Part shown: positions 28,463-37,438 of the stretch, in pieces
Numbering within the stretch: the first letter of the stretch is position 1
Layout: each line of letters opens with the position of its first letter
Origin: an uncultured bacterium
GTDB lineage: Bacteria > Abyssobacteria > SURF-5
Reading direction: 5' to 3'
DNA: 64,000 nucleotides
NCBI GenBank assembly: GCA_964607485.1
Contig: CAZSKP010000004.1
Location: 96,001 to 160,000, forward strand
Notes under the pieces: model-generated
Told to the model about the DNA's origin: nothing
Database searches by the model: none
What the model saw: the letters and a program-made list of their open reading frames with translations, nothing else
Program-made: the position numbers and the translations under genes

Positions 28463-31400
28463 AAGGACAATCTTCATTTGTCAGGGTACGGGTTGTGTGT
28501 CGGCAGGGTCGCCCGACATAGCCGCTGCAATTGAAGACGAGGCTCGAAAGCTGGCCCTCACGGATGTTGAAGTAAAACTCACCGGATGCCACGGCTTCTG
28601 CCAACGAGGGCCGATAGTCATCGTCGAGCCCGAAGGAATCTTCTATTCCGCCGTAGAGGCTAAAGACGCAACCGAGATCGTTCATTCCCACCTGAAGAAC
28701 AATAAGCCCTTAGAACGCCTGTTTTACAGACATCCCGTCACAGACGAGCCCATTCCCCACTATCGCGACATTCCGTTCTATAGTGAACAGCAACGAGTGG
28801 TCGTTCTCCGCAACTGCGGCCATATTTGCCCCGAAGTCATCGACGATTATCTGGCTGTCGGCGGTTATGACGGCCTGAAAAAAGCGCTGACCGAGATGAC
28901 CCCCGAGCAGGTCATAGAAGAGGTCAAGAAATCCGGGCTTCGCGGCAGGGGAGGTGCGGGCTTCCCGACGGGAAGGAAATGGGAGCTCTGTCATAATGCT
29001 CCAGGTTCCAAGAAATACATGGTATGCAACGCCGACGAAGGGGATCCGGGAGCATTCATGGACCGCAGCGTGCTCGAAGCTGATCCACACAGCGTCCTCG
29101 AGGGTCTCGTAATCGCCGGATATGCCATAGGGGCCGACGAGGGTTATATCTACGTGCGCACTGAGTACCCGTTGGCAGTGCATCGAATCCGCACGGCCAT
29201 ACGGCAGGCTGAAGAGAAAGGCTTCCTGGGGCGAAACATCTTTGGCTCGAAATTTCACTTTCGTGTGAATGTTATGGAGGGCGCGGGAGCCTTCGTCTGC
29301 GGCGAGGAAACGGCCCTCTTGGCTTCCATAGAGGGGAAGAGCGGAAGACCTCGACCTCGGCCTCCCTTTCCAGCCCAATCCGGTCTTTGGGGCAAACCTA
29401 CAACAATAAATAACGTGAAATCCCTTGCCAGCATCCCGGTGATTATCTCAAAAGGCCCGGATTGGTATGCCGCCATCGGGACCGAAAAATGCAAAGGGAC
29501 CGCCGTATTCGCCCTTACCGGCAATATCGCAAATTGTGGTCTTGTGGAAGTGCCGATGGGGACCTCGCTTCGTAAGATTATTTATGACATCGGCGGTGGA
29601 ATTCCCGGCGGCAGGGCATTTAAAGCCGTCCAGACCGGAGGCCCTTCAGGAGGCTGTCTGCCGTCGAGCTTCCTGGATCATCCCGTTGACTACGAGTCCC
29701 TTGCCAGCGCGGGCTCAATCATGGGTTCCGGCGGCATGGTCGTTATGGACGAGAACACATGTATCGTGGATATCGCTCGATACTTCGTTGACTTCACGCA
29801 AAGGGAATCCTGCGGCAAATGCATGCCGTGCCGCCTTGGCACAAAACAGATGTTGGAAATCCTTGAGGACATAACACGAGGCAAGGGAAGGCCCGGAGAT
29901 ATCGACCTGCTCGTTGACATAGGCGAAGCGGTCAAATCGGGTTCGCTTTGCGGTTTGGGGCAGACTGCCCCGAATCCGGTGCTCAGCACGATTCGGTATT
30001 TCAGGGAAGAATACGAAGCCCATGTTAAGTACAAGAGATGTTCGGCAGCCGCGTGCAAGGAGATAATATCTTCCCCTTGCCAACATGCCTGTCCGATAAG
30101 CACGCAGGCAGCGACCTATATTTCCATGATTGCTGAAAGCCGCTTCGACGAGGCGATGGACATAATTTGGATGGACAATCCACTCCCGTCGGTCTGCGGC
30201 AGGGTATGTCATCATCCATGCGAGTTGAAATGCCAAGCGGGCAAATGGGGCGACCCCATCTCGATCAGGGCGCTCAAGAGATTTGTTACCGATTATGCAA
30301 TCAGCAATGGAACCTACTCCGTCGAAGAAAGAACACCGACGAAAACCGAAAAGGTGGCGATTGTCGGTGCCGGGCCGGCAGGTTTGGCGGCGGGTCACTC
30401 CCTCGCCCAGAAGGGATATAATGTTACTGTGTTCGAAGCCCTCCCGGTCGCCGGTGGCGCCGCAGCCGTGTACATACCGGAATACAGATTGCCGAAAGAC
30501 ATCCTCAATCTTGACATCGAGAATATCAAGAAGACAGGCGTGGAAATAAGAACAAATACCAGAGTGGGAAAAGATATATCCTTCGACCAGCTTCGGGATG
30601 ATTATAATGCAGTGTTTATCGCTGCGGGAGCACACGAGTCACGAAAGTTGGGCGTTCCAAACGAAGACGCCGATGGCGTATTGGATGCCATGGAATTCCT
30701 GAAAGCCGTGAATCTCAAGAAGGGCGTCAAAGTAGGAAAACGGGTCGGCGTCATTGGTGGAGGCAACGCCGCGGTTGATGCCGCCAGGGTGGCGATGCGG
30801 CTCGAAGGGTGTGAGAAGGTTCACCTGATCTACAGGAGAACGCGGAACGAGATGCCCGCGTTCAAGGAGGAGGTGGACGCGGCGATTGACGAGGGCATTG
30901 ACATCGTCTATCTCGCCGCTCCCTCCAAGATCGTGACACAGCAAGGGCGAATCACAGGAATCGAATGCATAAGGATGGAGCTGGGACCGCGTGACGAAAG
31001 CGGCAGGAGAAGACCTGTTCCTATCAAGGGATCGGAATTCGTCGTCGAGCTGGACACACTCCTCGTTGCGATCGGTGAAGTGCCCGATGTCTCATTTCTT
31101 GGTGAGATGTGCGGCGTCGAAGTGTCAAAGAGAAACACGATCGCGGTAAATCGCGAAACACTCGCGACTAATGTAGAAGGGGTCTTCGCGGGAGGCGACA
31201 TCGTGACCGGTCCGAATACGCTCATAGAGGCTGTCGCAGCCGGCAAGAGGGCGGCGGAATCCATCGACAGATACATTCGTGGCGAGAGCCTGGTGGGGGA
31301 ATACAACGTCACACGACCTTCAACGTACTTGCCTCCGGTCGAACTGACGGAGGAAGAGATTGCAGAGGCTGAAAGAGCGGCCACTCCGCATCTCTCTATC

Positions 31401-31550
31401 GAACGCAGACAAAGGAGTTTTGATGAGGTCGAACTCACACTCTCCGAAAAGGCGGCAATAAAAGAGGCAAGGCGCTGCCTCAGGTGCGATTTGGAGACTG
31501 AAGACGCCAAGGAATGGCTTGAACAAGCTGCGTCGATGAAGGGTGCTTAA
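28449..31550 (+). CDS. NuoF/HydB-like NADH-binding subunit fused to a GltD-like FAD oxidoreductase
   Basis: 'SGLRGRGGAGFPTG', 'CNADEGDPGAFMDR', 'GAFVCGEETAL', 'CGKCMPCR', then 'PCQHACP', 'GAGPAG', 'GGGNAAVD', 'EARRCLRC'. Confidence 0.92.
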   Translation: MKNNKRTIFICQGTGCVSAGSPDIAAAIEDEARKLALTDVEVKLTGCHGFCQRGPIVIVEPEGIFYSAVEAKDATEIVHSHLKNNKPLERLFYRHPVTDEPIPHYRDIPFYSEQQRVVVLRNCGHICPEVIDDYLAVGGYDGLKKALTEMTPEQVIEEVKKSGLRGRGGAGFPTGRKWELCHNAPGSKKYMVCNADEGDPGAFMDRSVLEADPHSVLEGLVIAGYAIGADEGYIYVRTEYPLAVHRIRTAIRQAEEKGFLGRNIFGSKFHFRVNVMEGAGAFVCGEETALLASIEGKSGRPRPRPPFPAQSGLWGKPTTINNVKSLASIPVIISKGPDWYAAIGTEKCKGTAVFALTGNIANCGLVEVPMGTSLRKIIYDIGGGIPGGRAFKAVQTGGPSGGCLPSSFLDHPVDYESLASAGSIMGSGGMVVMDENTCIVDIARYFVDFTQRESCGKCMPCRLGTKQMLEILEDITRGKGRPGDIDLLVDIGEAVKSGSLCGLGQTAPNPVLSTIRYFREEYEAHVKYKRCSAAACKEIISSPCQHACPISTQAATYISMIAESRFDEAMDIIWMDNPLPSVCGRVCHHPCELKCQAGKWGDPISIRALKRFVTDYAISNGTYSVEERTPTKTEKVAIVGAGPAGLAAGHSLAQKGYNVTVFEALPVAGGAAAVYIPEYRLPKDILNLDIENIKKTGVEIRTNTRVGKDISFDQLRDDYNAVFIAAGAHESRKLGVPNEDADGVLDAMEFLKAVNLKKGVKVGKRVGVIGGGNAAVDAARVAMRLEGCEKVHLIYRRTRNEMPAFKEEVDAAIDEGIDIVYLAAPSKIVTQQGRITGIECIRMELGPRDESGRRRPVPIKGSEFVVELDTLLVAIGEVPDVSFLGEMCGVEVSKRNTIAVNRETLATNVEGVFAGGDIVTGPNTLIEAVAAGKRAAESIDRYIRGESLVGEYNVTRPSTYLPPVELTEEEIAEAERAATPHLSIERRQRSFDEVELTLSEKAAIKEARRCLRCDLETEDAKEWLEQAASMKGA

Positions 31551-31665
31551 ATGAGGAAAACCTCCTGTCATTTTTGGATGATCTGGAGATAATTAAGGCC
31601 GCCATTTCTGGGGCCGGTATTTCGTTCAATGCTGCGCATCTTCCATGACTTAAGGAGAAAGAAGC

Positions 31666-34614
31666 GTGAAAAAGGTTACGCTCACAATTGACGGACGCAA
31701 AATTGCAGTGCCTGCGGGGTCCACCGTGCTGGATGCGATCCGGGCGGCGGGTCTCTATGTGCCCACCCTTTGCCACGATTCTGAACTGAAACCATACGGA
31801 GCATGCCGTTTGTGCATCGTTCAGATAGAAGGCTTGCGAGGGCTGCCTACATCTTGCACCACCCCTGCCACAGAAGGCATGGTCGTGCACACGGAAAGCG
31901 AGCAGATTCGCAACGTTCGCAGAACCGTTGTGGAATTGGCAATCGCGAATCATCCGTACGATTGTCTCCTCTGCAGCCAGAACCAGGAATGCGAGCTCCT
32001 GAGCGTGGCCCGATACGTTGGTGTCGAGAAGGGGGCGCTGGAGCGGATGCGGAGAGGCGCGCTGGACAGGGCCATCGACACATCCAACCCCGCCTTCGAT
32101 TTCGACCCGAACAAGTGCATCCTCTGCGGAAGATGTGTGAGGATATGCCAAGAACTCACCGGAGTGGGCGCAATAGACTTCGCCTATCGCGGGAACAAGA
32201 CCGTCGTCACCACGTTTGGCGCAAGACCGTTGGCGTTGTCCCGATGTCAGAACTGCGGCGAATGCATGGAGCATTGTCCAACGGGAGCCCTGTCGCCGAA
32301 GCTCGCGGTCGCTCCTCAGCGTGAGGTCGAGACCACCTGCCCATACTGCGGCGTCGGCTGCTCCATGTATCTCGGGGTGCGCGGGCGCGAAATCGTTCGC
32401 GTCAGAGGGGCGAAGGAAAACAGCGTAAACCCGGAAGGTCTCTGCGTGAAAGGGCGGTTCGGACTCGATTTTGTCAATCATCCCGACCGCTTGACCCGGC
32501 CTCTGATTCGGAAAGAAGGTGCGCCCAAGGGTGATGGGCAAGTCGATCCGATGGAAGCGTTTCGCGAGGCCAGTTGGGATGAGGCGCTGGACCTCGTGGC
32601 CGAAAAACTTGGCCGCATCCGTGACGAGCACGGTCCTGACGCCATCGGGGTGATCAGTTCCGCCAAGTGCACGAACGAAGAGAACTACGTCATTCAGAAA
32701 TTCGCCAGGGCCGTCATCGGAACGAATAACGTCGACCACTGCGCCAGGTTGTGCCACGCCTCCACCGTGACGGCCGCGCTCGCGTCGTTCGGCTCCGGCG
32801 CCATGAGCAACTCGATTTCGGATATCGACCATGCCGACATGTTGTTTGTCATCGGGTCGAACACGACGGAATGCCATCCCATCATCGGAAGGCGTATCAA
32901 ACGGGCCGTCCGTTTTAACGGGGCCAAATTGTTAGTTGCCGACCCGCGCATCACCGAACTGGGCGAGATGGCCGACGTGCGCATGAACCATTTTCCCGGT
33001 ACCGATGTCGCTCTGATGAACGGCATGATGCGTCAGATCGTCGATGAGGGAATGCACGACAAGAAGTTCATCGATGAGCGGTGCGAGGATTTCGAGCCGT
33101 TCCTCGAATCGTTGCAGCAGTATCCCGTCGATTATGTGAAAGATATTACCGGCGTTCCGGCCGAAAAGATACGCAAAGCCGCGCGTTTGTTCGGCAAGGC
33201 AAAGAGAGCCATCGTCTTCTACGGCATGGGCATCACGCAGCACACCACGGGAACCGACAACGTAAAGGCCGTCGCCAATCTGCTCATGTTGACCGGAAAC
33301 ATGGGTCGCAGGGGCACGGGCTTCTCGCCGTTGCGCGGTCAGAACAACGTGCAGGGGGCCTGCGACCTGGGGGCGCTCCCGAATGTCTTTTCCGGCTATC
33401 AGGTCGTCACCAGCCCGGAGGTGAGGGCCAAGTTCGAAAAAGCCTGGGGAACGAGCTTGTCGGATCGACCCGGCCTCACCCTCACGGAGATGTTCGGCGC
33501 GACACATGAGGGCCGGCTCAAGGCAATGTACATCATGGGCGAGAATCCCACCATGAGCGAGCCCGACGCGAATCATGCCCGGGCCGCCCTCGCGGAACTC
33601 GATTTCCTTGTCGTTCAGGACCTCTTCCTGACGGGGACGGCCGAATACGCCGACGTGGTGTTGCCTGCGACAAGCTTTGCCGAAAAGGACGGAACCTTCA
33701 CCAACACGGAGCGAAGGGTGCAGATGGTTCGCAAGGCCATCGACCCGCCCGGCGAGGCGCGCGTGGACTGGGAGATCACCGCCGACATCTCAAGGAGGAT
33801 GGGATATCCCATGGAGTACGCCTCCAGCGCCGAGATAATGGATGAGATCGCCGAGTTGACTCCCATCTATGGAGGTATCCATCACGATCGACTGCAGAAG
33901 GGCGGATTGCAGTGGCCGTGCCTGAATCGCAAACACAAAGGCACGCTGTTCCTTCACAAAGGCCGATTCTCCCGAGGGCGTGGAAAATTTCACGTGCTGC
34001 ACGATAAACCGCCGGCCGAACTGCCGTCGCGCCTTTATCCGCTCGTTCTCACGACCGGCAGGATTCTTGAGCATTGGCACACGGGCAGCATGAGCCACAG
34101 GTCGCACGTCCTCGAGACGTTGCAGCCCGAGAGCAGCGTCGAACTGAGCCCGACAGACGCCGAGCGACTCGGCATCGAAGAGGGCGACATGGTTTCGGTG
34201 CGCTCGCGGCGCGGCCAGGTTCACACGAAGGCCAAGAAAACTCCTCGCGTGCGACCCGGCCAGGCCTTCATGGCCTTCCACTGGCTCGATGCTCCGGCGA
34301 ATCTTCTGACGAACCCGGCTCTGGACCCTGTGGCCAAAATCCCCGAGTACAAGGTATCCTCCGTGCGGGCCATTCTTGACGTGCTCGAACGCGCGGCCGA
34401 GGACAACGCGTTCATCGCCGCCCTTGCCGAGAACCCCGCCGGCGCACTGAGCTCCTACGACCTCACGCCTGAACACCGCGAGGCCCTGCTCAACGCGGAT
34501 TTCAATGCGCTCGAAGAGTGGATAGGCCCGCTCGACGACCGTCTCAAGATTTGGCTGAAGCACCGGCTCAAGCAGGAGAAACTGTCGGAGGCATCTGAGA
34601 CACCCCGCAAGTGA
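31666..34614 (+). CDS. fdhA: Formate dehydrogenase alpha subunit (Mo/W-bisPGD, Cys-type) with N-terminal FeS domains and a C-terminal extension
   Basis: 'TTCPYCGVGC', 'LCVKGRFG', 'DHCARLCH', 'PLRGQNNVQG', 'FTNTERRVQ', 'AKIPEYK'. Confidence 0.93.
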   Translation: MKKVTLTIDGRKIAVPAGSTVLDAIRAAGLYVPTLCHDSELKPYGACRLCIVQIEGLRGLPTSCTTPATEGMVVHTESEQIRNVRRTVVELAIANHPYDCLLCSQNQECELLSVARYVGVEKGALERMRRGALDRAIDTSNPAFDFDPNKCILCGRCVRICQELTGVGAIDFAYRGNKTVVTTFGARPLALSRCQNCGECMEHCPTGALSPKLAVAPQREVETTCPYCGVGCSMYLGVRGREIVRVRGAKENSVNPEGLCVKGRFGLDFVNHPDRLTRPLIRKEGAPKGDGQVDPMEAFREASWDEALDLVAEKLGRIRDEHGPDAIGVISSAKCTNEENYVIQKFARAVIGTNNVDHCARLCHASTVTAALASFGSGAMSNSISDIDHADMLFVIGSNTTECHPIIGRRIKRAVRFNGAKLLVADPRITELGEMADVRMNHFPGTDVALMNGMMRQIVDEGMHDKKFIDERCEDFEPFLESLQQYPVDYVKDITGVPAEKIRKAARLFGKAKRAIVFYGMGITQHTTGTDNVKAVANLLMLTGNMGRRGTGFSPLRGQNNVQGACDLGALPNVFSGYQVVTSPEVRAKFEKAWGTSLSDRPGLTLTEMFGATHEGRLKAMYIMGENPTMSEPDANHARAALAELDFLVVQDLFLTGTAEYADVVLPATSFAEKDGTFTNTERRVQMVRKAIDPPGEARVDWEITADISRRMGYPMEYASSAEIMDEIAELTPIYGGIHHDRLQKGGLQWPCLNRKHKGTLFLHKGRFSRGRGKFHVLHDKPPAELPSRLYPLVLTTGRILEHWHTGSMSHRSHVLETLQPESSVELSPTDAERLGIEEGDMVSVRSRRGQVHTKAKKTPRVRPGQAFMAFHWLDAPANLLTNPALDPVAKIPEYKVSSVRAILDVLERAAEDNAFIAALAENPAGALSSYDLTPEHREALLNADFNALEEWIGPLDDRLKIWLKHRLKQEKLSEASETPRK

Positions 34615-34651
34615 CGGGCTGAGCAGACTCCTCTCTTGACTTCTTTTGGTC

Positions 34652-34682
34652 AACGGGCATGACGACCGTCGTCATGCCCGTT
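34652..34682. repeat. Perfect inverted repeat (terminator-like or REP-like)
   Basis: aacgggcatgacga-ccg-tcgtcatgcccgtt. Confidence 0.7.
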
Positions 34683-34759
34683 TTCTCATTCCATCTCCTC
34701 TCCCCATCGCCGCCATTGCAGAGCGACCGGCACTCAACGGCGTGTTGCCCAAAACGTCC

Positions 34760-35020
34760 TGTCATTCCCGCGGAGCCTGTCCTCGACCCTGATCGGGGAG
34801 CGGGAAACCAGCGTTGTCTCAGGAGCACTCGACAACAGGCCACTAAGAATGGCACACCCCGCCCCTTAAGGCACGAAGGGACACCCTTGGGAAAGGTTAG
34901 AAATAGCCAACTACTATTCGGAGCAGCAAATAGTTGTCATTCTGAGCGCAGCGAAGAATCTCGAAGAATACAGTAGCTTTGGGCTAAACATGAGATCCTT
35001 CACTTCGTTCAGGATGACAA
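34760..35020. repeat. Cluster of REP-like palindromic elements
   Basis: 'tgtcattcccgcg...gcgggaaacca' and 'tgtcattctgagcgcagcgaagaatct...agatccttcacttcgttcaggatgaca'. Confidence 0.7.
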
Positions 35021-35273
35021 GCATGTGACGTATTTCATGCACCTTGTAGTAATTCAGGAAATTAACAACGCTGGCGAACTCTGCCATCTTCTTCATCTTC
35101 AACATTCCTGCAAAAAATGCTATAATGCCGGGAAAACAGAAGGGACTGTGAAACTCCATGTGCGTATAGAGAAAGACATGGAAGGGGCTTCCCATTATTC
35201 AACCCGTTGAGCTTTAACGAATCATAGAAGGAAGCGTCTTAATAAATGTCAAACTGGCAGGGAGGAATTGGCA

Positions 35274-35522
35274 ATGGCAGTTTTGTTCATAGTAATAATT
35301 GGTACCTCTATTTTCTGTTTTTATCAAGGATATATTGGCACGGGCATAATCTGCCTCATCGGTTTTTCCAAAACGATCGGCTTTTTGGCACTCATATACA
35401 CTTCAATCTATCTATTTTTCAAGGGCCACTATGTGATGGGATTTGCACCAATCGGGTTGATCGCATGGAATATTATTGGGATGTATTGGACCGAGAGGGA
35501 TCGACATCGAGCAGAAGAGTGA
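35274..35522 (+). CDS. Small AT-rich membrane protein
   Basis: GGAGG RBS; almost entirely hydrophobic. Confidence 0.6.
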   Translation: MAVLFIVIIGTSIFCFYQGYIGTGIICLIGFSKTIGFLALIYTSIYLFFKGHYVMGFAPIGLIAWNIIGMYWTERDRHRAEE

Positions 35523-35539
35523 CCCAGCAAAGAGAGAAT

Positions 35540-35647
35540 AGGGTCTCCCGCACAATCGCCGACCTCGCCGAGTCCGAAACTGTTCGTGCCAGGCGAATCT
35601 CCGGGGAGACTTAGTACCGGAGGTCTGATAAGGGGCGTTGGAGGTGA
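35540..35647 (+). repeat. Direct copy 2 of the comM 3' end (decayed)
   Basis: RVSRTIADLAESETVRARRISGET*YRRSDKGRWR* aligns without gaps to com[36 protein letters not shown] (19/35 aa). Confidence 0.9.
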
Positions 35648-35790
35648 GGAGAAGAGGCGTCGTCTTGGCCTGAATAGAAGTTTTGTGTACAGAATAGTAG
35701 GAAGGTTCAAGAGAGGAAAGAAAGGAATAAATGGTTCAATAAGAAGCCCGAAGCTCTCGAATTAGGAACGAATCAATGGAGGCGGTTTAA

Positions 35791-36552
35791 ATGGAGACGC
35801 CAAATCCGGCCAAGCGAATGAAGATATACTCCAGAATCAAAGGGAAATGGAGAGAACTTGTTGCGGCCGTTGCTGTCATATTATTTATCATCACTTCTGT
35901 TCTTACAGACAACAAGTCTGGTGTTGTGGTTAGCTTCTTGATCTTGATTTCAATCCTCTATCTCGACCGAATCAAAGGAATTATAATCGAGATGAGGATA
36001 AGAAGAATATTTGGTATTGAACTGGCTGAAGAAGTCTTCAAGGAGGAACTGCGCCGTGAGGCACTCAAGAGGAAACCAGATCTCGACGAGGAAGATGTTG
36101 ATATGATTGCCGACTTGGCGCTCAACCGTATTGAGGGTCCCTACCGTAAAGCAAAGTTGTTTGAAGATATCGTCCAACTTGCACTGAACGATCTGAATCT
36201 GACATTTCAAAGAGGGGTAACCTATCCTTCTCTTGCCAGCCACCCTCAGATTGATTTTTTAGTTGAGTTAGGTCAAGAACGCCTTGTTGGCATAGCAGTC
36301 GCATACAGTGATCTGATGTATCTTACTGACGACCATCTTTTTCGAGCAATTAAGATGTCAAACGCATTATCTGAGCACTTCAATCTTGCTGGCTTCTTGC
36401 TGATAACAAATGCCGCAGTTGGAGAAAGAGACAAGACAACTTTGAACGAGCAAGAGCCAAGAATTGATGTCATCGAGAGTGTAATATCTCCTGATGGCGT
36501 CACGTCAAGATTGTCGTCCTATTTCCAACAAATTGCCGAAAGAATAAACTGA
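35791..36552 (+). CDS. Hypothetical membrane-anchored protein, possible degenerate PD-(D/E)xK fold
   Basis: GGAGG RBS, two N-terminal TM helices, 'LFEDIV...QIDFLVE...GIAVAY'; low GC. Confidence 0.65.
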   Translation: METPNPAKRMKIYSRIKGKWRELVAAVAVILFIITSVLTDNKSGVVVSFLILISILYLDRIKGIIIEMRIRRIFGIELAEEVFKEELRREALKRKPDLDEEDVDMIADLALNRIEGPYRKAKLFEDIVQLALNDLNLTFQRGVTYPSLASHPQIDFLVELGQERLVGIAVAYSDLMYLTDDHLFRAIKMSNALSEHFNLAGFLLITNAAVGERDKTTLNEQEPRIDVIESVISPDGVTSRLSSYFQQIAERIN

Positions 36553-36585
36553 TAGCAAATCATTCACCCCGCGGACGGTGTCACT

Positions 36586-37173
36586 ATGCGGATAGAGACG
36601 CTAAAAGACTACATTCTCTTCTGGTTGAATTCCGCAAGGACCCTAGGCAAAGTGAGAAGAACATCCGAGCTTTTGACTTGGGTCTTCGGTTTGTGTGTCG
36701 CAATTATAGCTTTTCTTGGCTCAAATTTCGTGACGGCGGTGTTGGGGATTTGCGCAACAATCTCAGCTTTGCTTACGATTGTGGCTAACAAGCAGCTGGA
36801 CAATCTAAATGCTCCCCGTACCATAGATACCAACCGGAAACAACTGATACTCGATGCACTCGCCAACATAGCACCGTGTCGAGTAATAATATCGGCTGCG
36901 ATCGGCGATTGTGAGGCCATCAATCTTGCAGAGGAACTGGCGAAGGTCTTCAAAGATACAGGATGGCAGGTGGAAGGGCCCGACTATTCTCCTCTGTCGT
37001 CTGATGACCAAGGCATTATACTTCGCGCACATGACCAACATTCGGCTCACAAAGAAGTCTCGGCTCTAAAGGAGGCCTTGGCTACTTGCGGCTTCGAAGT
37101 AAGAATGGAGTTCGATGAGCGCATACCGAACAAAGCAATTGACCTGCTGATAGGCTATAAAGGCTTTCGATGA
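36586..37173 (+). CDS. Hypothetical membrane protein
   Basis: 195-aa ORF with two N-terminal TM segments; low GC. Confidence 0.65.
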   Translation: MRIETLKDYILFWLNSARTLGKVRRTSELLTWVFGLCVAIIAFLGSNFVTAVLGICATISALLTIVANKQLDNLNAPRTIDTNRKQLILDALANIAPCRVIISAAIGDCEAINLAEELAKVFKDTGWQVEGPDYSPLSSDDQGIILRAHDQHSAHKEVSALKEALATCGFEVRMEFDERIPNKAIDLLIGYKGFR

Positions 37174-37191
37174 AAGCTAACCTCGTTAGAA

Positions 37192-37360
37192 ATGATGACG
37201 GCTTACGAGGCCAAAGCGTTGCTCAAGTTGGCCATCTTTAAGCTCGGTTTCTCGGACCGCGCATATGAGTGTGTCCTCAGAATTGACCACACCACTGCAG
37301 ACTTTTCCGAATACATCTTCAGGGGCGATTCAGTTTCGGAGTTTTCATGGGAAATTGTGA
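37192..37360 (+). repeat. Direct copy 3 of the comM 3' end (most decayed)
   Basis: EAKALLKLAIFKLGFSDRAYECVLRIDHTTADFS matches com[35 protein letters not shown]; after a deletion and frameshift, AIQFRSFHGKL* matches [11 protein letters not shown]. Confidence 0.88.
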
Positions 37361-37438
37361 TAGCAGAAGAGAAGTTGGGGACAGAGGTCGGACAATCCGG
37401 GCTGCGATATTTGATTACCTAGAAGGAGGTAATTCGAA

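Noticed and set aside
32740-32760. Selenocysteine in formate dehydrogenase
   Set aside because: The active-site codon is TGC (CARLCH); no UGA
35246-35614. 122-aa ORF
   Set aside because: Shadow frame of the small membrane gene running into comM tail copy 2
37192-37422. 76-aa ORF as a real gene
   Set aside because: It is a decayed comM tail with read-through after a frameshift
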